From assembly GCA_030390025.1 (NCBI GenBank), contig CM059432.1, positions 55,862,001 through 55,926,000 on the forward strand: a DNA stretch of 64,000 nt, written 5' to 3'. The notes below the pieces were generated by a model, which made no database searches, was not told the origin of the DNA, and saw nothing but the letters and a program-made list of their open reading frames with translations. The translations under genes and the position numbers were made by a program. Positions 9,946 to 21,390 of the stretch are shown one piece after another. The stretch is from Squalus acanthias. Taxonomy: Eukaryota. Position 1 is the stretch's first letter. The number at the start of each line of letters is the position of its first letter.

Positions 9946-12900
9946 TTCATGTCGTTAAAGAACCCTTCATGTCGTTTCCACACTAAATAAAAGTAACAAC
10001 ACTTATTAACATGCTAACGAACATGATACAGGTTTACCCAAAACATATCTTAGCCATTAATATTATTATGCCATAATACTGTAAAACTGGTTACTCGACA
10101 AGGTCAGCCATGATCTTATTGAATGGCGGAGCAGGCTCAAGGGGCCAAACGACTATTTCTGCTCCTATTTCTTATGTTCTTATAAACACCGGCATAGAAT
10201 AGTTGGGCCGAATGGCCTGTTTCTGTGCTGTACATTCTATGCAAGCAAAAAATATTTACCCCACTTGCTTCTGTCGAAACTTGACTAAGCAGCTGGTGCT
10301 GAAACTTGCCATTCACAAGATGTATAGTCAAGATGAAAGCTTCGATTAGACTACAGTCCATTAACCACAGTGATTCCTGAATGTGCTCCATCCTGAGCAT
10401 ATTCCAGAATATGTTTAATTTATTGTTTGGACTATCACTTTACAAAATCCTAGTAGAGATTTTTTTTCCTCTTGCAAAATTTCACCCTCAGCCAATTAGT
10501 GATTCATTGGCAAAAAAATGTGTTTGATTATTATATGGGTGAACTGTTAAACGTGAAATCATTAAAGTAATAATCATTCAACTGATTGAACATGAGCAGA
10601 GAATTTGTGTCACATTAGTAAATATATTAATATGAGGTTACAATAGTATGAGGTTACAAAATTAGGGAACAATAGTCGTGCAATTAGTAAATTAATAAGC
10701 ACAATTTAAATTGCCGATCAGTTGCTTGATGAGCAGGGTGTGTGTTAAGGTAGTAGTAAATAAATAGTCTGTGATCAGTAAATAAGTTGAACACTTGTAA
10801 AAATTAGTGTTAAATAAATAACTCAGCGGGCTGTTATTAATAGCTGTGTAATTAGTACAGTAACGAGCACAATTAAACTGCTCACCAATTGCTTAATGAG
10901 CAGAGGGTGTTGGGTTAGTGAATAAATCTGTAAACGAATTTACTAATTATCAGTTGGTATAAAAAATCAGTGGTAAATAACTAAATTTGAGATAATTAAG
11001 ATGCTAATTAGTAAACACATTAGTTTTGCATTAATTAGTTAGGTGGTAGTTAATAACTGGTTAACCAGTATCATTCATCAGTCACCCCATCACTGGGGGT
11101 TGGGCCTGGTCTGGGGGGGGTGACGGGCCTGCACCCTCCTTGCTGCTGCACTCACCACTCTCTACCGGTTATGGGGCCACGCTGCCGTCGGTAAAAGGCC
11201 CTCCCTGGGCAGCTGTGGTCCAATCTGCGACTCCCAGCTACCTTCTGTCCACCTCAGCCGCTGGTCTCCGTATCTTCGCCTCTCGTCTCTAAGGCCTGTT
11301 GCTATGTTGACTCCTGAGTTCGTATGGGGTGGGGTCAGGCCAGGGGTCAGGTGCGGAGGATGTTTGAAGCTCGAAGCCAGGCCTTGATGGGCCAGATAGA
11401 ATCCATTGGTGGCCTGAATACGGCCAACGAGCCGTATTTTGCCCTGCCACTGATATAGAGGTCATGCTGAATGTGCAAAAAAGATTTACTAAAATGATAC
11501 CAGAACTGAGGTTTTACCCATCATGAAAGATTGAACAGGTTGGGGCTCTTTTCTCTAGAAAAAAGACTGAGGGGTGTCCTGATAGAGGTCTTTAAGATTA
11601 TGAAAGTTTGATTGGGTAGGCGTAGAGAAGATGTTTCCACTTGTCAGTGAGACCAGAGTTAAGGTCCATAAATATAAGACAGTCACTAATAAATCCAATA
11701 GAAGGGAAAAACCTATTTGACCTCGTCCTCACCAATCTACCTGTCGCAGATGCATCTGTACTTGACAGTATTGGTAGAAGTGACCACTGCACAGTCCTTG
11801 TGGAGACGAGGTCCCGCCCTGCACTTTCTTTCATTGGCATTGATTTAAATTGGAATTTTACAATGGCTTGGTAAGTTGCTGCATTGTCCCTTTTTATTTA
11901 AAGAAAGATATATCTGCATAAAAAGTGTTAATTTTCTAAATGTCATCTTGAGTATCCTTGGAAGATTGATCGAAAATGTGTGTTTTTTTTGGGGGGGGGA
12001 AAAGAAATCTGAGCAAATTTACATTTCAAAATTTGCAATGTATTTTTTGGCAGAAGGAATTTTCCCTGAATACACAAATTGAATTTTAATATTGTAATAT
12101 TTATGCTTTTAATCTTCAAAATTTTGAGTTTGGGTAAGCAAAGATGTTACTTACATTTATGACACCAGCTTAGTCTGAGATTAATTTATTGTTTTTTTAA
12201 TCAATGTATACCATTGTATATATTGTAGCAAACAAGGCATCGGCACTTTTTATGAATTTTATGTCCTTGAATTTTATGTCCATTATTGCCATGGAGTGCA
12301 GCAGTATTCCTTTTTGTTACCCATTCTCAGCATTGATCACTCCCAGGTATAGTGCAGGGTCGTGCAGAGTAAAGCCCTTTCTGCACTAACGCAACGTATC
12401 TCCCTTTATTGCACAAGTGTGAATTTTCAACTGCTCACACTGGACAGATTTAGTGCCCTCTGCTAAATTATGGGCAGTTGATGTTATGAACTTGAGCCCA
12501 CTGTGAACCAGGTTGGAACTGACCCAAACTTCATTCATAAAGAACTTTTCTAGCAACAAGGAAATAGCATCAATCAGGATTGGATTTAAACCCAGATGTA
12601 GAGGTGAAAGTACACAGTGCTAATTGACTGTCACTATTTGCCCATCAGAAGTAGAGTGGTGGTGAGAATTCTTTGCTCCAAATTTCATTATAAACTCTTT
12701 GGTAATATACACAGAATTTTACAGCACAGAAACAGGCCAATAGGTCTATGCCAGTGTTTATGCTCCTAACGAACAGACGTATTAGTAACTTTCAAAAGGG
12801 AATTGGATATATACTTGAAAAGGAAGAATTTTCAGGGCTATGGGGAAAGAGCAGGAGAGTGGGACTAATTGGATAGCTCTTTCAAAGAGCTGGCACAGGC

Positions 12901-13184
12901 TCTATAGTAAATAATGGCTTTTTAATCAAGCTGTAACCGTACTGAACTTTAGGGGGTTGTGTCCAGATATTTTAGTCAGATGTGGGACCTTCTGGATAAT
13001 TCAGTAATGAATTTTCTTCTCTAAATTGACCCGTGCATCTAAAAGTAGTAAGTAATGTTCCAGCAGTTAAATATTGCCTTCTGTTCCTATTTCACAGACT
13101 CAAACTTGTAAAGTTTTTTTGAATCACTCTGATGTAATCCTTTGAGAAATTAAATTATTTAAAGCTGACCGATTAGTGTTCATA

Positions 13185-14225
13185 GCTAAATCATATGACC
13201 TGGGTAGGGAATTGGTTTGGAGTTAGGAGACAGAGCGGAAGGATAATAGGTATATATTCAAATTGGCAGGATGTGACTAGTGGTGTCCCCCAGGGATCTG
13301 TACTGGGGCCTCAGCTTTTCACTATATTGATAAATGACTTGGCCGAAAGAATAGAGAGCCATATATCCAAGTTTGCTCACTACACTAAGTTAGGTGGCAC
13401 ATTAAATAGTTTAGATGGGAGCAGAAAGTTGCAAACAGACATTGATAGATTAAAATGGAGTTCAACGTGGGTAAGCGTAAGGTCATCCACTTTGGATCTA
13501 AGAAAGATAGATCAGTGTATTTTCTAAACAATGAGAAGCTAGGAACTGTGGAGAACCAGAGCGATTTAGGCGTCCATGTACAGAAGTCACTAAAAATCTA
13601 GTGGACAGGTACAAAAAGTAATTAAAAAGGCTAAATGGTATGTTGGCCTTTGTCTCAAGGAGGCTGGAATACAAACAATTGGAAGATATGTTAGTTATAT
13701 AACGCTCTGGTTAGACAGCATCTGGAGTACTGCGTTCAGTTTTGGGCACCGCAGCTCAGGAAAAATATATTGGCCTTGGAGGGGGTGCAGTGCAGATTAA
13801 CCAGAATGATATGAAAAGGTTAAATTTATGAGGACAGGTTGTGTAGACTGGGCTTGTATTCCCTGAAGTATAGAAGATTAAGGGTTGATCTAATTGAGGT
13901 GTTTAAGATGATTAAAGGACTTGATGAGGTAGATAGAGCGAAACTATTTCCTCTGGTGGGGGAGTCCAGAACAAGGGATTTCCGTGGTGATGTCAGGCAG
14001 CACTTTTTCACACAAAGGGTAGTGGAAATCTGAAACACTCTTCCCCAAAATCCTGTTGAGTCTAGGTCAATTGAAAATGTCAAAACTGAAATTGATAGAT
14101 TTTTGTTAGGTATGAAGGGATATGGAACCAAGGTGGGTAAATGGAGTTAAGATACAGATCAGCAATGATCTAATTGAATGGCAGAACAGGCTTGAGGGGC
14201 TGAATGGCCGACTCCTGTTCCTATA
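13185..14225 (+). mobile_element. Decayed CR1 3' half
   Basis: [16 protein letters not shown] and LYSLKYRRLRVDLIEVFK motifs, plus the CR1 3' UTR. Confidence 0.85.
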
Positions 14226-14482
14226 TTACTACATTACCATTTCTTTAAAAGTACCTAAATCCTTTGTTTAAAAATCCTGAGCATAACCACTCCCAACAGC
14301 TCAGTTGATAAATGTACTGCTGGATGTGGAATTGAGCCACAGAAGGTGCATTTAACCATTAGAACAATCAAGGAGATTGGGTGGGGGAATGCTTTATTGT
14401 TCTACTCCCCTTCAGTAACTTTTAAAGATTTGCCAAAGTCTAACAAACTTTAGTCAGATGTTGAATTCCTTTAAAAACTAAT

Positions 14483-15224
14483 GGCCCAGAAATTAAAGAC
14501 GGAGCCTTCCTGCGGGGGTAAGGCTTCCCCGCGATATCTCACTGCGCGCCTGCCTTTTCCTTCCGAGCTCACACGAACTTTAGTTTCAAGGCTGCAGCTG
14601 TGCAGTGTGTGCGTATCCCACAGATGCAGTTAATTCGTGCGAGCTGTGGATCACGTGATTCAGTTAGAGCCAATGGCAGCACACCATCTTTCATTCATAG
14701 TTTTGACAGCAAGGGCTGTCAAAGCTATGAATCTATACCCCCCCAAAAGAACAGCTAAACCTCAATTAAATTAAAAAAAAAACCATCACATTAATAAAAT
14801 AAGTATAGTTAAATAAATTAACCACTTTAAACAAAAAATTAAATTTTTGAAAAAATTTAAAATCTTTTTAAAAGTTATAAAAATAAACTTACCTTTCTTT
14901 AAAGTCTCTAAAAAAGATAAACCTGTTGAAAAAAATTTAAAATAATACTTAATTAACTACTTACCTTGTTAAAAGAGGGTCTTACGCCTCCTTTCTTTAT
15001 GTGCAAAATCTTCCATGCTTACCTGCGCGTTCAAAGCACTAAGTGCACTGCGTGCGCGCAGCCTGTAGCGCGCACGCGGTTCACTTAGGAACCGCCCCCT
15101 TTTGAGTTCACCAAGTGCCGGTTTTCAGCGCATGCGCAGTGCATGCAGAAAACCGGCAATTGGAGACAGAATACGCGAGAGTACACAGTGCATACTCTCG
15201 CGTACTAAGACTAATTTTTGGGCC
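14483..15224. mobile_element. Harbinger-type MITE, copy 1
   Basis: TIRs ggcccagaaatta / taatttttgggcc with 3-bp TSD AAT/AAT. High similarity to 15630-16372. Confidence 0.85.
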
Positions 15225-15629
15225 AATAATTCTGGTGAACAGGTGTGTTGAAACATCATGCTATGGTGGAATATGGAATTGTATGTGGGATTCCTCCCTT
15301 CCCTCCAACCACCTGCTAAGTTTCTGATCTCAGTTATGTTACATTGTTGAGCTGCTGACTAGTGAGCAGGGAATGAGAATCATCCCATGACCGCTCTAAT
15401 ACATCATCTAGTTGCCAGATTCAAGGCAGAATTGTGAAGGTCTGGGAGCAGGTTGCCAATTGCTGTGGCTGCCCATGTTGCATGAAGGAAAAATAGAGGG
15501 AAAGAACCCTTTAAAAAAAATAAATAAATAAAAATAAATAAATAATAATAACTGGGCATAGTACGGTATGAGTTTGTGTATCTGGTTTCTGAAAATGGAG
15601 ATCTTTCCCGAAAAACAAAATTAAATAAT

Positions 15630-16372
15630 GGCCCAAAAATTCGTGAGGAAGCCTTCGTGTGAGGGTAAGGCCTCCCCGCGATCTCTCACTGCGCGTTGGC
15701 TTTTTCAGTTCCAGCTCGCACGAACTTGATGTTCTGGACAGCTGCTGTGCTGGGCTTGCGTATCCCACCGGCGTAGTTAATTCGTGCGAGCTGTGGGATC
15801 ACGTGACTCAGTTAGAGCCAATGGCAGCACACCATCTTCCATTCATAACTTTCACATAAGTGCTGTGAAAGTTATGAATACTATAGCCCCCCAAAAGAAC
15901 CGCTAAACCTCAATTAAATTTTTTAAAAAAACCATCACATTAATAAAATAAGTATAGTTAAATAAATTAACCATTTTAAATAAAAAATTAAATTTTTGAA
16001 AAAATGTAAAATCTTTTAAAAAGTTATAAAAATAAACTTACCTGTCTTTAAAGTCTCTAAAAAAGATATACCTGTTAAAAAAAATTCAAAATAATACTTA
16101 ATTCACTACTTACCTTGTTAAAAGTGGGTCTTACTCCTCCTTTTTTATGTGTAGAATCTTCCGTACTTACCTGCGCGTTCAAAGCACTAAGTGCACAGCG
16201 TGCGCGCAGCCTGTAGCGCGCACGCGGTTCACCTAGGACCCGCCCCCTTTTCCATTCACCAAGTGCCGGTTTTCAGCGCATGCGCAGTGCATGCAGAAAA
16301 CCGGCAATTGGAGACAGAATACGCGAGAGTATGCAGTGCGTACTCTCGCGTAGCGGCACTAATTTTTGGGCC
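15630..16372. mobile_element. Harbinger-type MITE, copy 2
   Basis: Perfect TIR ggcccaaaaatt / aatttttgggcc; flanks AAT/ATT. Collinear with copy 1. Confidence 0.85.
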
Positions 16373-16559
16373 ATTATGGTTATACTATACACTAATATTT
16401 GTTTTGGCCCATGTGTATGGGAACCTCTGGGCCAAACAATGTTGAAGCAAAGCCGTACTTGACATTGGGGAAATGCAGTTGCTATATGTGGTATGACATC
16501 GAGAGGTGGTAGGTAAAAAAACAGGATTTAGGTTCAAGTCCATTGTTAAGCTATATATC

Positions 16560-17310
16560 GGCCCAGAAATTAGGCTCCCTGGCTTCCCGCGGGTGCAAGG
16601 ATCCCGCACGCACCTACCTACCGCGCCTGCCGTTGACCTCTGGGCCCACGGGGACTTCAGCTCCTGGGCCTCCCCCAACTGCCGGCGCGCAGTGCTTGCG
16701 TGTCCCAGGGGCGTAGTTAGTGCGATGCGTCCCCTGGGATCACGTGGGCCATGGAGAGCCAATGGCAGCAGACCATCTTTCATTCATAGATTTGACAGGA
16801 CCTGTCAAATCTATGAATTGAAATCGGCCCCAAAACAACACCTAAACTTCAAATAAATTTAAAAAAAAACATCACATTTTTTAAATAACTAAGTTAAATA
16901 AATTAACTACTTTAAACAAAAATTTAAATTTTTGAAAAAATTAAAATACTTTTTAACAGTGCTAAAAAATAAACTTACCTCTCTTTAAAGTATCTAAAAA
17001 AGATAAACCTGTTGAAAAATTTTTTAAATTGTAATTAATTAACCACTTACCTTGTTGAAAACGGGTCTTGCGCCTCCTTTTTAAAAGCGCAGCTTCTTCA
17101 ATACTTACCCTCCCGGAGAAACCTGAAAAAAAAACGAAGTTCGCTGCGTGCACGCAGCCTCTCGCGCACGCGGTTCACCTCTGAACCGCTCCCTTCACGA
17201 GACCGGAAGTTCCAGTTTCTCGCGCATGCGCAGTGCATGCAGGAAACCGGCACTTCAGGAGGCCTTACGGGTGAGTACACATCACCCGGCAAGTGCCGAA
17301 TTTTTGGCCC
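16560..17310. mobile_element. Harbinger-type MITE, copy 3 (diverged subfamily)
   Basis: TIRs ggcccagaaatt / aatttttggccc with 3-bp TSD ATC/ATC. Same internal architecture as copies 1 and 2. Confidence 0.85.
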
Positions 17311-18002
17311 ATCATGATTGGTGATATCCTGAAGTGGATCTGATGTACACCAACCAATGCAGATCGGAATGCATTAATTTGACTGCAATTAATAGATACC
17401 ATTACAACCTCTGAAATTTAATATAGCAACGGCATCTGATGTGTGTCTCTTTTAGCAATTTGAAAACTGTATAGTTTTATCACGTGACACCAGCATAGCT
17501 GTTTATCAGGTAACTTGATGTAGTTTCTAATAAGTGGCTAAAATGTTATACAATGAAAATATAAGTTGGCAATAAACAACTTTTTCAGTTTGTCAACTTT
17601 TTTAAAATCTACTTAAGTAATATTTTAGTGAAACATGACTGTTCAAAAAAAAAATAGCAATTTGGTTAGCATTCATTGTTCATCTTTAGTCAAGAGCTGT
17701 GACACAGTAAATTAGTGTTTTTCCTATTTCACACTGTTCAGGCAAGATGCATCTCCTTACCAGAGGGGTTGGAACTTGCAGTATTCCTTTGCTGGTTTGT
17801 TGCCAAAATGGAAGGCCTATTTGAAGTGTTCTTTTGCTCTGTGGAGAAAATTATTTCCTAAAGGGATAGTTTAGGTGTTGGAGGTAGAAGTTTTAAAAAA
17901 ATCTCTAGCAGTCTGTTTAGTTGCAGGTGGAATTTAGTGTAGATCAGCTGACAGAATCTCTTCTTTTCCCTTTAGCTGTTTCAAACAATGCAACCATAGG
18001 GA

Positions 18003-18520
18003 ATTATACTTGCATTGGAGGCAGTTCAGAGACGATTCACTAGGTTAATTCCAGAGATGAGGGGGTTGACTTATGAGGAATGGTTGAGCAGGCTGGGCCT
18101 ATACTCATTGGAATTTAGAAGAATGAGAGGTGATCTTATTGAAACATATAAGATACTGAGGGGGCATGACAGGGTAGATGCAGAGAGGATGTTTCCCCTC
18201 GTGCGGAAATCTAGAACGCGGGGGCACAGTTTTAAAATAAAGGGTCGCCCTTTTAGAACTGAGATGAGGAGGAATTTCTTCTCTCTGAGGGTCGTAAATC
18301 TGTGGGATTCTCTGCCCCAGAGAGCTGTGGAGGCTGGGTCATTAAATACATTTAAGGTGGAGATAGACAAATTTTTGCAAGATAAGGGAGTGAAGGGCAA
18401 TGGGGAGCGGGCGGGGTAGTGGCTTTGAGCCCAAGATCAACCATGATCTTCTTGAATGGTGGAGCAGGCTCGAGGGGCCAAGTGGCCTATTCTTGCTCCT
18501 ATTTCTTATGTTCTTATGAA
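18003..18520 (+). mobile_element. CR1 3' end
   Basis: ORF 18015..18419 (LEAVQRRFTRLIP...RVVNLWDSLP) and a (ttcttatg)n tail. Confidence 0.9.
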
Positions 18521-18864
18521 CAATGAGACTTCCATTGTGTACTAAGAAAAGTCACAATGAAATTGGGCATGAAACTAAGCCCAAAGAGTGAGTGAATTTT
18601 GCAGGCTGTGTCTCACTTGTTTATTTTTCTGTAAACTGCAGAGTATTATCGTGTCTTGTTAACACTGCATGTTGACTGATTTTTTTTTTCTTTTTGATTT
18701 TATTGATTGAAATATACAGCTGCACTGGATAAAGTTGCCACCATGATTTTTGTCAGGGTGTCAAGTCATCATTCAAATGCAAAAATACAGTATTGATGAA
18801 CTTTCATTTAACAATGAATATTAAAATACTTGACACTGCAGTTATCTTACAGTTTAAAGAATAC

Positions 18865-19212
18865 ATTTGCATTTTATATAGGGCTATTCACAACCTCGGG
18901 ACATCCCTTGTGTAATGTAAAGAGATGCAGCAGCCAGTTTGTGCACAGCAAGGTTCAACAAACAGTAATGAGATAAATGACTAACTAATCGTTTTTTAGT
19001 GGTGGTGGTTGAGGGTTAAATGTTGACCAGGACACTGGAAGAATTCTGTTACTTTTCTTCAAATTGTGCCATGGGATCTTTTACGTCCACCTGAGAGGAC
19101 AAGCAGTACTTTGGTTTAATGTTTCATCCAAAAGATGGCACCTCCGACAGCGTAGACTTCCTCAGTACTGCACTGAAGTGTTAGCCTAGATTATGTGCTC
19201 AAGTTTCTGGAG
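18865..19212 (-). mobile_element. DeuSINE (SacSINE1-like), head truncated
   Basis: Deu-domain-like caggtggacgtaaaagatcccatggcac...gtgtcctggtcaac on the minus strand, with an L2-like tail. Confidence 0.7.
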
Positions 19213-19259
19213 CATTACATTTTAAATGCTTTAACTGTAACTTGGAACTGATTGCACTG

Positions 19260-20210
19260 CACTATTCTTGCTTCATTAACAAATTATGGATTATTTGTTG
19301 CCTCTTCTAGTTTTGCATAGTAACATATCTGCTTTACATAAGTTAGGTGGGCAAATTTGTTCTGCACATTTCAGTAGATCTTTGCTGCTTACACTATGGC
19401 ACCTTAAAGTTTTGAATGATCTCAGCATCCAGGGACTGGAAGTGGGTTGCTATGTTCAGTGGCAAAGTGTAGTTGAAGATGTCAGCTGAAATTGTACAGC
19501 TTTTCTTCAAACATGATGCTGGCCATCCAAGCTGCACTGTTTGATGCTACTCGGGTCTCTGGTCAAAGGTTTTCTTGAAGCAAGGGAAGTGAACATATTT
19601 CTAAACAACCAAAGATTTAACTTTCTCTGCCCTGGTTGGACTTATGCACAATGTGACGATGAACCAATTTTTTTTTTTCTTAGGCTCAACATTAACAGTG
19701 CAATTTTGTTCCACCTTGAAAAACGGATCACTTTCATAAGTTATCAAAGTTGATGCTGTCACATTGTATAGAAACCTCTTGATGTCATAAAGGGATATGC
19801 ATGTCATCAGTGGAGTTAATTGCATGGCTCTTGCAGTTCTCGACTCCGTATCTAATTTTGAAGTTTCCATTGCTGCAGAACAAATTCTGCACACCCAGTT
19901 TTTCTGCCAGGCCTTAAGCCTGTGAATGCAACATTTTATCATTGACTATGAACTGATAGGGTCTCTCACCCCTGTACCACACAGAGAGCTTTCTTTAGCT
20001 GTTCCTCTCTTGCATTTGGTGTTATCGGAAGTGTTGAGCTACTTCGATATTTCTGTGAAAATATCAGAGATCGTTGACCTGCCAATCAATCTTAACTCCA
20101 AATTTTGATTCTGCGAATACAGAATCTGCTTGTGTCACTAAAGAAGTTTGTTCTTTCTTTTGAAAGATTTTTTTCATTTTGCTATGATCTTGGCATGCCT
20201 TCATTTTTCA
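19260..20210 (-). pseudogene. Fossil Tigger/pogo (CENP-B-like) transposase
   Basis: Ordered minus-strand remnants: GRSTISDIF (HTH), DKMLHSQA*GLAEKLG...SNG..KIRYGV (second HTH), KKKKNWFIVTLCISPTRAEKVKSLVV, PCFK, AAWMASIMFEE and LPLNIATHFQSLDAEIIQNFK (DDE_1). Many stops and frameshifts. Confidence 0.8.
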
Positions 20211-20867
20211 GCAATAACCATCTTAGATTTTCAGTGCTTTCAGTTTATTAAGTGAAATAAGCTTAGCAAAAATAATTTGTTTTGCTCTCCAGATTTTCAA
20301 GATTATTGATTGTTTGTAAAATGCACTTCACCAGTGTTCCATGACTTTTTTTAGTTAGCTCATGTGTAATGTCAGGAGAATTTTGATACCACCAAAAAGC
20401 CTTTGCATAGCTTCCCCAAGTGGCTTAGTGTATTTACCCTGTAAACGGCTGCAGTATAGAGTCAGAAAGATCTTGGGTTTTCATTTACAGTCTGTTATAA
20501 AGTAGCTGATCTGAGGCATAAGAGATGGCAGAATCAATCAGATCCTAGTTTAGTTTGCCACTGGCAAACTCTACCCATGGAAGTACGTGATTGAGCATGG
20601 TTGTGATGCTATATAGGATGTTGACCTGCTGTCATGAGTAATTATAGACATGGATGAGATATTGAAAGGCAACGAGCAGGCTGTGGAACTGTACGTTGTT
20701 AATGAGTTAATGCATTCAGATGAAAAAGGAAGAAAATTGGTGAGGCAGGTGGCATCTCAGACTCTTGAACTGAGCTTAAAGATTCTATTATATTGCAAGG
20801 CTTAATAAAAATGTGATGAATTAATTTTAACTTAATTGTTTCAGCTGATGGCTACTGTCTATTAGGG

Positions 20868-20983
20868 CAAAAGCAAAATACTGCGGATGCTGGAAATTTG
20901 AAATAAAAACAGATAATGCTGGAAATCACTCAGCAGGTCAGGCTACATCTGTGGAGAGAGAAAAAGATTTTATGTTTCAGGTC
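20868..20983 (-). mobile_element. Penelope-type terminal repeat fragment, truncated inside the hammerhead motif
   Basis: Same sequence family as 21263-21390 (aaagcaaaatactgcggatgctggaaat...gtttcaggtc). Confidence 0.65.
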
Positions 20984-21262
20984 TATTAAGAGCATCGCAA
21001 GAGGTCTGAGGAGTGGCTACATAGAAGCGCGAGAGAACTGGCAGCGCCAGAGTTCTCGGGAGTGGTGAGGCTAAAACAAGCAAAAAAAAATCATCAAAAT
21101 GTGACGTCACTACACAAGGAGGTGCGGTGGGGATAAGTTAGTTTAAGTATTTAGTTTACTTGTTGGTATCTTTAGTGGTTAGTTTTTTTTTAGTGGTCAG
21201 TGTTTAATGTTAGCTAAACAGTTAAATAGTCTTAAAGTTCAACAAACAGTTTTAAACAACTG

Positions 21263-21390
21263 AAAAAGCAAAATACTGCGGATGCTGGAAATAAAAACAG
21301 AAAATGCTGGAAATACTCGGCAGATCAGGCAGCATCTGTAGAGAGAGAAACAGAGTTAACGTTTCAGGTCGATGACCCTTCGTCAGAACA
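21263..21390 (-). mobile_element. 128-bp Penelope-type insertion carrying a hammerhead ribozyme motif
   Basis: Flanked by the 13-bp TSD ttttaaacaactg (21250-62 and 21391-403). Confidence 0.8.
21355..21389 (-). ncRNA. Minimal type-I hammerhead ribozyme motif
   Basis: Minus strand reads GUU-CUGACGA-AGGGUC(AUC)GACCU-GAAAC-GUU-AAC. It has the conserved core, stem II, a loopless palindromic stem III and stem I GUU/AAC. Confidence 0.7.

Larger units (their letters stand above)
7968..11452. mobile_element. Non-autonomous hAT (Charlie/MER30-like) element containing nested CR1 insertions
   Basis: Termini CAGGGGTGAGCAA ... TTGCCCTGCCACTG with an exact 8-bp TSD ATATAGAG (7960-67 and 11453-60), close to the Charlie nTCTAGAn preference. 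It splits a CR1 reading frame. Confidence 0.85.
6037..11690 (+). mobile_element. Fragmented CR1 LINE (RT region) interrupted by several younger insertions
   Basis: SQHGFQNGRTCLTNLIEFFEEVT and [12 protein letters not shown] at 6037-6500. It resumes at ~7627-7967 (to KDIE) and again after the hAT element at 11453 (VQKRFTKMIP). Confidence 0.85.

Noticed and set aside
20410-20750. Very old SINE-like remnants (also ~12330-12640, 14290-14350 and 42330-42450)
   Set aside because: Too degraded to assign family or boundaries by eye.
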